The position numbers were made by a program, and so were the translations under genes. Below, piece after piece: positions 1 through 8,200 of a stretch of DNA of 36,638 nt (the stretch's first letter is position 1; each line of letters opens with the position of its first letter). Under the pieces are notes generated by a model. The model saw only the letters and a list, made by a program, of their open reading frames with translations. It did not search any database and was not told the DNA's origin. Origin of the DNA: Armatimonadota bacterium (GTDB lineage: Bacteria; Armatimonadota; Fimbriimonadia; Fimbriimonadales; GBS-DC); contig JBBIJY010000025.1 in assembly GCA_037445735.1 (NCBI GenBank), forward strand, positions 1 through 36,638, written 5' to 3'.

Positions 1-255
1 GGGTAGGGGAGAGATGGGAAGACTTGAATGAGGTTTATGGCTGGTTGCTGGAGGGCTGGTTGCTGGAGGGTGGAAGATGGTCTGACATTCATGGGATGTC
101 GTACGATGGGCGTTATCTTTTGGGGTGGGTGGAATTCGTCAGGCGAGTTGTTCATACTGGACACGGTGCCGGAGGTGTCGTCGGTGTGGGTGCTGGTGGG
201 TGGGTTGGGTTTGTGTAGTTGGTGGCGGTGGGGCGGGCGCAGGCGCCCAAGTTAG
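1..255 (+). pseudogene. 3' end of a PEP-CTERM-type secreted protein (HAF-repeat-like), frameshifted near 129; 5' part lies outside the window
   Basis: Frame 3 reads WEDLNEVYGWLL...GMSYDGRYLLGW; frame 1 continues WNSSGELFILDTVPEVSSVWVLVGGLGLCSWWRWGGRRR* (VPE motif, TM helix, Arg tail). A 15-bp tandem duplication lies at 39-68. Confidence 0.6.
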
Positions 256-377
256 TCGGATTTGCTTAACTCTCTTCCTCTTGCGTTGACAGCCCGACGC
301 GCTGGGCGGTGGCTAACAGGTGGCGCAGGTGATGCTCCAGGTTCAGGCAGGAGTTAGGGGGTGTTCAGAAGGTTCTG

Positions 378-692
378 TTAGACGGGGAATCCGAATGCGC
401 GCAGGGCTTCGCGCCCCTCGTCGGTGATGCGCTCAGGTGTCCAGAGCGGGTCGAAGGTCAGCTCCACACGCACATCTTTGACGCCCGGCAGCGCCAGCAC
501 CCGATCCTGAATCTCCTGCGCAATCAGGTCCCCGACGGGGCAGCCCGGCGCGGTCAGCGTCATCAGAATGAAGACCTCGCCCTCGTTGGAGACCTGCAAA
601 TCGTAAATCAGACCCAGATCGACGATGTTGAGCGGGATCTCCGGGTCATACACATCGTGCAGGATTTCCAGCACCTGCTCGCGCAGATTCAT
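378..692 (-). CDS. DUF59 / metal-sulfur cluster assembly factor (SufT/PaaD-like)
   Basis: Motifs VYDPEIPLNIVDLGLIY, MTLTAPGCP and FDPLWTPERI; start overlaps the htpX stop. Confidence 0.92.
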   Translation of the reverse strand: MNLREQVLEILHDVYDPEIPLNIVDLGLIYDLQVSNEGEVFILMTLTAPGCPVGDLIAQEIQDRVLALPGVKDVRVELTFDPLWTPERITDEGREALRAFGFPV

Positions 693-1546
693 CGCGCTAC
701 CTCCAGTTGAGCGGGCATCGCCATCAGGCGGCGGATACGCTCCTGCACGGGCGGATGCGTGCTGAACAGCGCCATCAAGCCGTCCCCGCGAAGCGGGTTC
801 ACGATATACATGTGCGCCGTGGCGGGCTGGGCATGCTCGGCAGGAATCTGCTGGGCGGCAGCTTCAAGCTTGCGCAGGGCGCTCGCCAGCCCCAGCGGTG
901 TGCCCGCAATCATCGCGCCGATGCGATCCGCTTCATACTCGCGCGCCCGCGAAATCGCCAGCTGAATGAGCATCGCGATAATCGGCGCCAGCACGGCAAA
1001 GGCAAGCGCCGCCAGCGGATTGCCGCGCTCATCCCGACTGCCAAAAAACAGTGTGGCGTAGTAGATAATATGCGCCAGCGCGGAGATGGCGCCCGCAATC
1101 GTCGCGGCGACCGCCATAATCAGCGTGTCGCGATTGCGAATGTGCGCCAGCTCATGGGCAATCACACCCTCCACCTCCGGGCGATCCATCAACTGCAGCA
1201 GCCCCTGCGTGACGGCGACCACCCCATGCTGGGGATCGCGCCCCGTGGCGAAGGCGTTCGGCTGCATCTCAGGCACCAGATAGAGACGGGGCATCGGCAG
1301 TCCCGCTCGCTGCGCCAGACGACGCACCATCGCATACAGCTCCGGCGCCTCCGACTCGCTCAGCGGCTGCGCGCCCGACATCGCTATCACCAGCCGATCG
1401 CTGAACCAGTAGGAACCCAGATTCATCAGCGCAGCAAACACCAGCGCGATAATCACTCCTGTGGAACCACCCAGCCAGTTACCCAGCGCAATCAGCAGGA
1501 GCGTCAGCACAGTGAGCAACAGCCCTGTCTTCAGCACATTCCACAC
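689..1546 (-). CDS. htpX: Zinc metalloprotease HtpX (M48)
   Basis: PNAFATGR, HELAH (HExxH), SRAREYEAD and FSTHPP motifs; GTG start at 1546 follows a GGAGGT RBS. Confidence 0.95.
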   Translation of the reverse strand: MWNVLKTGLLLTVLTLLLIALGNWLGGSTGVIIALVFAALMNLGSYWFSDRLVIAMSGAQPLSESEAPELYAMVRRLAQRAGLPMPRLYLVPEMQPNAFATGRDPQHGVVAVTQGLLQLMDRPEVEGVIAHELAHIRNRDTLIMAVAATIAGAISALAHIIYYATLFFGSRDERGNPLAALAFAVLAPIIAMLIQLAISRAREYEADRIGAMIAGTPLGLASALRKLEAAAQQIPAEHAQPATAHMYIVNPLRGDGLMALFSTHPPVQERIRRLMAMPAQLEVAR

Positions 1547-1615
1547 GGCGAACCACCTCCTCACCCAGAGGATACCCGATAGCAGGCGTGAAAGTTCCCT
1601 GTGTGAGGTGTGGTC

Positions 1616-1933
1616 TCAGGGGGTGAGGGGCGCAATCAGCATCAGGCGATAGAGGGGGTTTGGGGCGGGATAGCGGAACTCCAGCATGCGCAGTACCCGA
1701 TAGGTCTCACCGCGCCACTCCAGCGTCTCCTCGGGCAGCGGATACACATCGGGCAGAAACAGCACCAGCCACAGGGGGCGCGGCAGGGTCTCCAGCTGGG
1801 TATCGCTGTAGAGCCAGCGTAGCAACCCAGCCGATGGCTGCACGAACAGCCCCTGCTTCGTCTGGGCGCGGATTACGAACGGCTCGCCATAGCGGTTCAG
1901 CCAGTAGCGCAGGCACAGATGCAGCGCCATCAC
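1616..1933 (-). CDS. Hypothetical protein resembling a phage head-closure (stopper) protein
   Basis: About 105 aa, beta-rich, with LNRYGEPFVI and ETLEWRGETYRV patterns; start overlaps the upstream stop. Resemblance judged by eye. Confidence 0.5.
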   Translation of the reverse strand: MMALHLCLRYWLNRYGEPFVIRAQTKQGLFVQPSAGLLRWLYSDTQLETLPRPLWLVLFLPDVYPLPEETLEWRGETYRVLRMLEFRYPAPNPLYRLMLIAPLTP

Positions 1934-2328
1934 TCGCCCTCCCCTTCCGAATCGCCGCGACTGATGACCTGCAGGCGGGCGTTGCGGCGCAGGTAGGGCG
2001 CGAGCCGCCGCAGCCCCTGCGCCTTCAGCCCGCTCGGATCCAGCGGGTTCAGCGACTGCGGCGGGAACACCTGCAGCCAGCCGAATCGGAAGCCGACCAG
2101 CGCGCCCACCTCGCGCCAGAGCGTCGCCAGCATCTCGCCCGCTATCACCTCCAGCGCACCCAGATTGAGCGTCGCCAGCAAGCCCGACTCAGGCTCCTGC
2201 AAATAGAGCGGGTCAATCGCGTACTCAATCACGGGCAGCATCTCGGCAATCAGCGCGTCGATCTCCGCGTCATACTCACTTCCCAGCCGCGTCTTGCGCT
2301 TCACATCGTCGCGTGTAACGGTCAACAT
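1930..2328 (-). CDS. Hypothetical protein resembling a phage head-tail connector (HK97 gp6/SPP1 gp15-like)
   Basis: N-terminus TVTRDDVKRKTRLGSEYDAEIDALIAEMLPVIEY matches the gp6-like pattern (VTLEEVKxxLRI..DDALIxxLI); GGAGG RBS. Confidence 0.6.
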   Translation of the reverse strand: MLTVTRDDVKRKTRLGSEYDAEIDALIAEMLPVIEYAIDPLYLQEPESGLLATLNLGALEVIAGEMLATLWREVGALVGFRFGWLQVFPPQSLNPLDPSGLKAQGLRRLAPYLRRNARLQVISRGDSEGEGE

Positions 2329-2608
2329 AAGCCCCCTCCGACTCCATCAGGACCCATTCCTGCACTGCCTGGCGCAGGCTCCAGAGCGATTCCTGCAGGT
2401 CGTTGAGCGCACGCTCCAGCCGTTCATGCCAGTGGTCGGTGCGGTCGAGCATCGTCTGCAGATAGGTGATGAACTCCCCGGTGATGGCTGCCTGCTGGCG
2501 CTGGGCGGAATCGACGAGGCGATCCATCCGCTGCAGTAGCTGGCGCGTGAGGATGAAACTCCAGCCAATCAGCGTGCTGACAATCGTCAGAAACTGGCTC
2601 CACTCCAT
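2276..2608 (-). CDS. Small single-TM plus coiled-coil protein (BhlA-holin-like architecture)
   Basis: N-terminal hydrophobic helix (FLTIVSTLIGWSFIL) followed by a heptad-like region; GGAGG RBS at 2618-2622. Confidence 0.55.
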   Translation of the reverse strand: MEWSQFLTIVSTLIGWSFILTRQLLQRMDRLVDSAQRQQAAITGEFITYLQTMLDRTDHWHERLERALNDLQESLWSLRQAVQEWVLMESEGAYVDRYTRRCEAQDAAGK

Positions 2609-2623
2609 CAGGGGATGCCTCCT

Positions 2624-2830
2624 TCAGGGTTGCCACTCGCGCAGTTCGCGCAGCACGAACTCACGCAGGGCATTCTCGACGGTCTCGATGGCGCGAATAT
2701 CAACATACAGCTGGCGGGCAAGTCGCTCGCGCTGCGCTTGCGGCAGGCGCAACGCCCGCTGCTCCAGCCATTCACACAGCGCTGGCAGAATCAGCCGCCA
2801 GAGCCAGCGAAGAATCGAACGCTTCATCAT
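2624..2830 (-). CDS. Hypothetical 68-aa helical protein, first gene of the phage-like operon
   Basis: ATG at 2830 after a GAGGAGG RBS; amphipathic N-terminus (ILRWLWRLIL). Confidence 0.65.
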   Translation of the reverse strand: MMKRSILRWLWRLILPALCEWLEQRALRLPQAQRERLARQLYVDIRAIETVENALREFVLRELREWQP

Positions 2831-2876
2831 GAGCCTCCTCCCGTCAAGGGGGACGCAACGGCTTTCAACGGTCAAC

Positions 2877-3009
2877 GAGGCTGCTCGAAAAATCCACCTA
2901 AAGGCAAGGATGCCCCTCACCCCTACCCTCTTCCCAGAGGGAAGAGGGAGTTTATCAGCCCCTCTCCCCCTTTGAGGGAGAGGGTACGGGTGAGGGGGCG
3001 AACAGCCTC
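2877..3009. mobile_element. MITE-like element with palindromic CCCTCT(C/T)CCC..GGGA(G/A)AGGG units
   Basis: Terminal IR GAGGCTGCTCG (2877-2887) / CGAACAGCCTC (2999-3009), 10/11 match; flanks ACGGTCAAC / AAGGTCAAC (8/9), a possible target-site duplication; the interior is itself an inverted repeat. Confidence 0.6.
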
Positions 3010-3028
3010 AAGGTCAACAGAATCGGCA

Positions 3029-5644
3029 CTACACCACCACATTCACCAGCTTGCCTGGCACAACGATAACCTTTTTGGGCTGACCGCCGTTGAGGTACTG
3101 CTGCACGCGCGGGCTTTGCAACGCCAGCCGCTCCATCTCCTCGCGCGAGATGTCGGCGGGCACGCGCAACCGATCGCGCACCTTGCCGTTGACCTGAATC
3201 ACCAGCTCGATCTCCTCCGCCCGCGCCAGCGATTCGTCATACTGCGGGAACGGCTGATTGAGCGTGAATCCCTCGAACCCGTAGCGCTCCCACAGCTCAT
3301 CCGCGAGGTGGGGCGTGAAGGGCGCCATCACCAGAATGAAGCGCTCCACCGCCTCGCTCAGGACCGCCATATCGTCGGCGCAGCACATGCCCTGATTGCT
3401 CGCCCGCCAGAACTCCTCGATGGCGTTGAACCACTCCATCAGCGCGGCGACCGCCGTGTTGAACCTGAAGTCCACGATGTCCTGACCGACCTTTTTGATG
3501 GTGGCGTGTGTGCGGTGGCGCAGGTCGCGAGCCGACTTGCTCAGCTCGCGCGGCTCCGTCAGGATCGCGCGCCAGTCGCGAATGAAGCAGGGCTGAAACT
3601 CCATCATCAATCGCCACACGCGGTTCAGGAATCGGAAGCAGCCCCGCACGCCCTGCTCCTCCCACTGGAAGGCGGCGTCGAACGGCGCCACGAACAGCTC
3701 GTACAGGCGCAGTGTGTCCGCGCTGTACTGCTCCACAATCTCGTCGGGCGTTATCACATTATGGAGAGACTTGGACATCTTCGCCCACACCCAGAGGAGG
3801 TTCGCCTTCTCCTGCTCGCTCATCTGTTCCAGTTGTTCGCGGCGCACCAGGATGCCCGGCTCGCCCGGCTTGAGGGTTTCGTCCTCGCGCGGTGGGCGGT
3901 AAGGGGTCAGCGCCAGCACCATGCCCTGATTGCGCAGGCGATAGAAGGGTTCTTTGACGGGCGAGATGCCCGCATCGTAGGCGACCTTTGTCCAGAATCG
4001 GGCATAGAGCAGGTGCAGCACAGCATGCTCCGCGCCACCGATATAGTAGTCCACGGGCATCCAGTAGTTCACCTTTTCGCGGGCGAACGGTTCGCGGTCG
4101 TTGTGCGGGTCGCAGAATCGGAAGAAGTACCAGCTGCTGCAGGCGAATCCGCCCATTGTGTCGGTTTCGCGCTGGGCGGGTGCGCTGCATTGCGGGCAGG
4201 TGGTGTTGACGAATTCCGGGATGTTTGCAAGGGGGGATTGACCCGTGCCCGACGGTTCGTACTGCTCCACATCGGGCAGCAGGACAGGCAGCTGTTCTTC
4301 TGGCACGGGCACTTCGCCACAGCGCGGGCAGTAGACAATCGGAATGGGTGCGCCCCAGTAGCGCTGACGGCTGATGAGCCAGTCGCGCAGGCGGTACTGC
4401 ACCGTGCGCTGTCCGATGCCCCGCGCCTCGAACCAGTCGGCGAGTCGCTCCATTCCCTCGCGATTCGGCAAGCCGCTGAACTCGCCTGAGTTGACCATGA
4501 TGCCATCGTCCACATAGGCGTCTTCAAGCGGCTCGCCGTTCCAGCCGGGTGGGGCAATCACCACGCGAATGGGCAGGTCGTGCTGTTTGGCGAAATCGAA
4601 GTCGCGCTTATCGTGCGCGGGCACTGCCATAATCGCGCCCGTGCCGTAGCTCATCACCACATAGTCTGCGACATAGAGGGGCACTGGCTCGCCGTTCACC
4701 GGGTTGATGGCACAGGCGCCTGTGAACACGCCCGTGCGCTCGCGTTCGGCGGAGAGCCGATCGGCTTCTTCCATTCGCATCGCCCGCTCGCGATAGGCGT
4801 CCACCTCCGCCCTGCGATCGGGCGTGGTGATGGCGTCCACCAGCGGGTGCTCCGGCGCCAGCACGGCGAAGGTCATGCCGAACACCGTGTCGATGCGGGT
4901 GGTGAACACGCGGAACTTCAAATCGGGTCGCCCCTGAACCTGCATTTCGAACTCGACGCCCTCGCTGCGTCCAATCCAGTTGCGCTGCATCTGCTTGATG
5001 CCCTCGGGCCAATCCAGTTCGTCGAGGTCGTTCAGCAGGCGGTCGGCGTAGGCGGTGATGCGGAAGAACCATTGCTTCATCTGGCGCTTCTGGATGGGCG
5101 TGCCACAGCGCCAGCACTTGCCCCCTTCCACCTCTTCATTTGCCAGCACGGTGCGGCACGATGGGCACCAGTTGACCGGCGCCTCCGCGCGATAGGCTAA
5201 CCCGCGCTTGTAGAGCAACAGGAACCACCACTGCGTCCAGCGATAATATTCGGGCGTGCTGGAGTTGATCTCGCGCTCCCAGTCGTACGACAGCCCGATG
5301 AGGTTCATCTGGCGCTTGTAGTTCGCCACATACTGGGGCACGGTATATTTGGGATGCGAGCGTCGCCGGATGGCTTCGTTCTCGGCGGGCTGACCGAAAG
5401 CGTCCCAGCCCATCGGGTGCAGCACATTGTAGCCCTTCATGCGCATATAGCGCGCCAGCACATCGGCGGGCACATAGTTGCGGCAGTGCCCGACTGACAG
5501 CCCGTCGCCCGACGGGTACGGGAAGAACTCCAGCACATAGCACTTGGGCTTGCTGGGGTCTTCCTGCGTGCGGAACAGCCGTGCCTGCTGCCACCGCTCC
5601 TGCCACTTCGGTTCAATCGCTTTCGGATTATAACCCTCGCTCAT
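3029..5644 (-). CDS. leuS: Leucine--tRNA ligase
   Basis: FPYPSG..GH (HIGH variant), GWDAFG, CP1 editing motif GTGAIMAVPAHD, KMSKS, C-terminal VPGKLVNVV; ATG at 5644 after GGAGG. Confidence 0.98.
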   Translation of the reverse strand: MSEGYNPKAIEPKWQERWQQARLFRTQEDPSKPKCYVLEFFPYPSGDGLSVGHCRNYVPADVLARYMRMKGYNVLHPMGWDAFGQPAENEAIRRRSHPKYTVPQYVANYKRQMNLIGLSYDWEREINSSTPEYYRWTQWWFLLLYKRGLAYRAEAPVNWCPSCRTVLANEEVEGGKCWRCGTPIQKRQMKQWFFRITAYADRLLNDLDELDWPEGIKQMQRNWIGRSEGVEFEMQVQGRPDLKFRVFTTRIDTVFGMTFAVLAPEHPLVDAITTPDRRAEVDAYRERAMRMEEADRLSAERERTGVFTGACAINPVNGEPVPLYVADYVVMSYGTGAIMAVPAHDKRDFDFAKQHDLPIRVVIAPPGWNGEPLEDAYVDDGIMVNSGEFSGLPNREGMERLADWFEARGIGQRTVQYRLRDWLISRQRYWGAPIPIVYCPRCGEVPVPEEQLPVLLPDVEQYEPSGTGQSPLANIPEFVNTTCPQCSAPAQRETDTMGGFACSSWYFFRFCDPHNDREPFAREKVNYWMPVDYYIGGAEHAVLHLLYARFWTKVAYDAGISPVKEPFYRLRNQGMVLALTPYRPPREDETLKPGEPGILVRREQLEQMSEQEKANLLWVWAKMSKSLHNVITPDEIVEQYSADTLRLYELFVAPFDAAFQWEEQGVRGCFRFLNRVWRLMMEFQPCFIRDWRAILTEPRELSKSARDLRHRTHATIKKVGQDIVDFRFNTAVAALMEWFNAIEEFWRASNQGMCCADDMAVLSEAVERFILVMAPFTPHLADELWERYGFEGFTLNQPFPQYDESLARAEEIELVIQVNGKVRDRLRVPADISREEMERLALQSPRVQQYLNGGQPKKVIVVPGKLVNVVV

Positions 5645-5725
5645 CGGCTCCCTCCAGAATCTACAGTATACCTGACGGAGGCGCAAGCAGGAATCGCGCG
5701 TGCAGGCGCGAACGATTACCCTGCG

Positions 5726-6937
5726 ATGCAGGCGCTAACCGTGTTGATAGCGGACAAGTTCGAGCAGAGCGGGCTGGATGGGCTGAAAGCGCTCGGTTGC
5801 ACGATTATCTACGACCCCTCGCTCAAAGAGGCGAGCCTCGTTGACGCCCTGCGCCAGCATGACCCCGATGTGCTGATTGTGCGCTCCACGCAGGTCACTG
5901 CGCCGATGCTGGAAGCCGCCCGCAAATTGAGTCTGGTCATTCGCGCCGGCGCAGGGGTCAACACCATCGATGTGGCGACCGCCTCCCGACGCGGCATCTA
6001 TGTGGCGAACTGCCCAGGCAAGAACGCGATTGCCGTCGCTGAGCTGGCGTTCGGGCTGATACTCGCGCTCGATCGGCGCATCCCTGACAATGTGCAGCAG
6101 TTGCGCGAGGGTCGCTGGAACAAGAAGGAGTTCAGCGAGGCGCGCGGGCTTTATGGCGGCACGCTGGGGCTGATTGGTCTGGGCAATATTGGGCGCGAGA
6201 TGATCCCCCGCGCGAAGGCGTTCGGCTTGCGCGTCATCGGCTGGAGCCGCTCGCTGACCTCTGAACGCGCCGAGCAGCTCGGCATCGGCTACCGCGCCAC
6301 GCCGCTCGATGTCGCCGCCGACGCCGATATTGTGAGCGTCCATGTCGCCCTCACGCCCGACACACGCCAGCTGTGCAACCGCGCCTTTTTCGAGGCGATG
6401 AAGCCCGGCGCCTACTTCATCAACACCGCCCGCGCCGAAGTGGTGGACGAAGAGGCGCTCGCATGGGCAGTGCGCGAGAAGGGCATCCGCGCAGGGCTGG
6501 ATGTGTTCGATGGCGAGCCATCGAGCGCAGAGGGCAGCTTCGAGAACCCGCTCGTGCAGCTGCCCAATGTGTACGGCACGCACCACATCGGCGCGTCCAC
6601 CCGCCAGGCGCAGGAAGCCATCGCCGCCGAAGTGGTGCATATCGTGCGAACCTACCTGCAAACGGGGCATGTGCCCAATGTGGTGAACCTCGCCACGCGC
6701 ACGCCCGCCCGGTACCTGCTGGTGGTGCGCCATCTCGATCGCGTGGGCGTGCTGGCGCATGTGTTCGACTGTCTGCGCGAGGCGGGCATCAATGTGCAGG
6801 AGACCGAGAATGTGATTTTTGAGGGCGCGGAAGCCGCTGTCGCCCGCATCCAGCTTGATAGCCGACCGCCCGCCAGCACACTTCAGCAGATTCGGGCGCA
6901 TGAGGCTATCTTCGCCGCCGTGCTGGTGCCGCTATGA
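5726..6937 (+). CDS. serA: D-3-phosphoglycerate dehydrogenase-like protein with C-terminal ACT domain
   Basis: RAGAGVNTID, GLIGLGNIG, INTAR, LDVF and HIGAST motifs; ACT-like HLDRVGVLAHV. Confidence 0.85.
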   Translation: MQALTVLIADKFEQSGLDGLKALGCTIIYDPSLKEASLVDALRQHDPDVLIVRSTQVTAPMLEAARKLSLVIRAGAGVNTIDVATASRRGIYVANCPGKNAIAVAELAFGLILALDRRIPDNVQQLREGRWNKKEFSEARGLYGGTLGLIGLGNIGREMIPRAKAFGLRVIGWSRSLTSERAEQLGIGYRATPLDVAADADIVSVHVALTPDTRQLCNRAFFEAMKPGAYFINTARAEVVDEEALAWAVREKGIRAGLDVFDGEPSSAEGSFENPLVQLPNVYGTHHIGASTRQAQEAIAAEVVHIVRTYLQTGHVPNVVNLATRTPARYLLVVRHLDRVGVLAHVFDCLREAGINVQETENVIFEGAEAAVARIQLDSRPPASTLQQIRAHEAIFAAVLVPL

Positions 6938-7926
6938 GAGCGATGGTGCTGGAGCAGGTGGGGCAACCGTTGCAGCTGCGCGAGCTGCCCATCCCGCAGC
7001 CTGCGCCGAACCAGGTGCTGGTGCGCGTGCGGGCGTGCGGTGTGTGCCGAACTGACCTGCATGTGTTCGATGGCGAGCTGCCCAACCCGAAACTGCCGCT
7101 CATTCTGGGGCACGAGGTGGTGGGCGAAGTGGTTCAGCCCGGCGCCGCCGTGCAACATTTAGCGGTGGGACAGCGTGTGGGCATCCCGTGGCTGGGCGCC
7201 ACCTGCGGCGAGTGCCTCTACTGCCGCGCCGGACGCGAGAACCTGTGCGACCGCGCGCAGTTCACCGGCTACACGCTCGACGGCGGCTACGCCGAGTATG
7301 CCGTCGCCCGCGCCGATTATCTGTTCCCCCTGCCCGACAACTACGCCGATGTGGAGGTCGCGCCGCTGCTGTGCGCAGGGCTGATCGGCTACCGCTCCTA
7401 TCGCCTGGCACGGGAGGGCATGCGGGGCAATCGGCTCGGCATCTACGGCTTCGGCGCGGCGGCGCATATCCTGGTGCAAATCGCCGCTCGCGAGGGCAAG
7501 CGCGTGTTCGCCTTCACCCGACCGGGCGATTTCGACACGCAGGACTTCGCGCGGCAGCTGGGCGCGTGGTGGGCGGGCGGCTCTGACCAGATGCCGCCAG
7601 AGCCGCTGGACGCCGCGATTATCTTCGCGCCGGTGGGCGAGCTGGTGCCGCGTGCCCTGCGAGCCGTCGCCAGAGGCGGAGTCGTCGTGTGCGGCGGAAT
7701 CCATATGAGCGATATTCCCTCCTTCCCCTATCGCTTGCTATGGGAAGAGCGCGTGCTGCGCTCCGTCGCTAACCTCACGCGCAGAGACGGCGAGGAGTTC
7801 CTTCAGAAAATCAGGCAGTTTCGAATACAGACCCACACGCAAGTGTTCCCGCTGGAGCAGGCAAACGAAGCGTTGCAGGCACTCCGCGCAGGCAAACTGC
7901 ACGGCGCCGCCGTCTTAGTCCCATAA
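6934..7926 (+). CDS. Zinc-dependent alcohol dehydrogenase family protein
   Basis: CGVCRTDLH, GHE, CGECLYC..C structural Zn site, APLLCAG, GFGAAAH; ATGA overlap with serA. Confidence 0.93.
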   Translation: MRAMVLEQVGQPLQLRELPIPQPAPNQVLVRVRACGVCRTDLHVFDGELPNPKLPLILGHEVVGEVVQPGAAVQHLAVGQRVGIPWLGATCGECLYCRAGRENLCDRAQFTGYTLDGGYAEYAVARADYLFPLPDNYADVEVAPLLCAGLIGYRSYRLAREGMRGNRLGIYGFGAAAHILVQIAAREGKRVFAFTRPGDFDTQDFARQLGAWWAGGSDQMPPEPLDAAIIFAPVGELVPRALRAVARGGVVVCGGIHMSDIPSFPYRLLWEERVLRSVANLTRRDGEEFLQKIRQFRIQTHTQVFPLEQANEALQALRAGKLHGAAVLVP

Positions 7927-7938
7927 CCTCAAAGAGCC

Positions 7939-8062
7939 TCCCTCTCCCCGCTGGGGAGAGGGAGAAACGAAGCCCCTCTCCCCGCCTGCGGGGGAGAGGA
8001 TACGGGTGAGGGGGTTTCTGAAGCCCCTCTCCCCGCTGGGGAGAGGGTACGGGTGAGGGGGC
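7939..8062. repeat. Cluster of three palindromic CCCTCTCCCCG..GGGGAGAGG repeats (REP-like)
   Basis: Three hairpin units in tandem; shares GAGAGGGTACGGGTGAGGGGG with the 2877-3009 element. Confidence 0.85.
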
Positions 8063-8113
8063 TTCACTCAGGTCGATATTATGCCCCGAATTTTCGAACA
8101 CCCGCGGATGGAC

Positions 8114-8144
8114 TTGACAATTCGCTGCAGGAATGTGGTATAAT
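8114..8144 (+). promoter_or_regulatory. Sigma70-type promoter for the 8201 gene
   Basis: TTGACA 8114-8119, extended -10 TGgTATAAT ending at 8144 (19-bp spacer), and an AAAGGAGG RBS downstream. Confidence 0.75.
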
Positions 8145-8200
8145 AAGAGTGCGCGGCGGGAGCTTTCATCAGGCACCCGCCCGCGAAAGGAGGCTCAACG

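Noticed and set aside
256-377. Short minus-strand frame (LNLEHHLRHLLATAQRVGLSTQEEES*) as a possible transposase remnant
   Set aside because: No start, too short, and no recognisable motif.
2615-4489. Long antisense ORFs (624 aa here; also 17173-19005, 21250-23535, 11994-13289, 5735-6901 and others)
   Set aside because: They mirror well-supported genes on the opposite strand, a common effect of high GC3, and have no motifs or RBS.
7939-8062. Tandem palindromic repeats as a possible CRISPR array
   Set aside because: Units are irregular, the intervening sequences are short and similar rather than unique spacers, and no cas genes are present.
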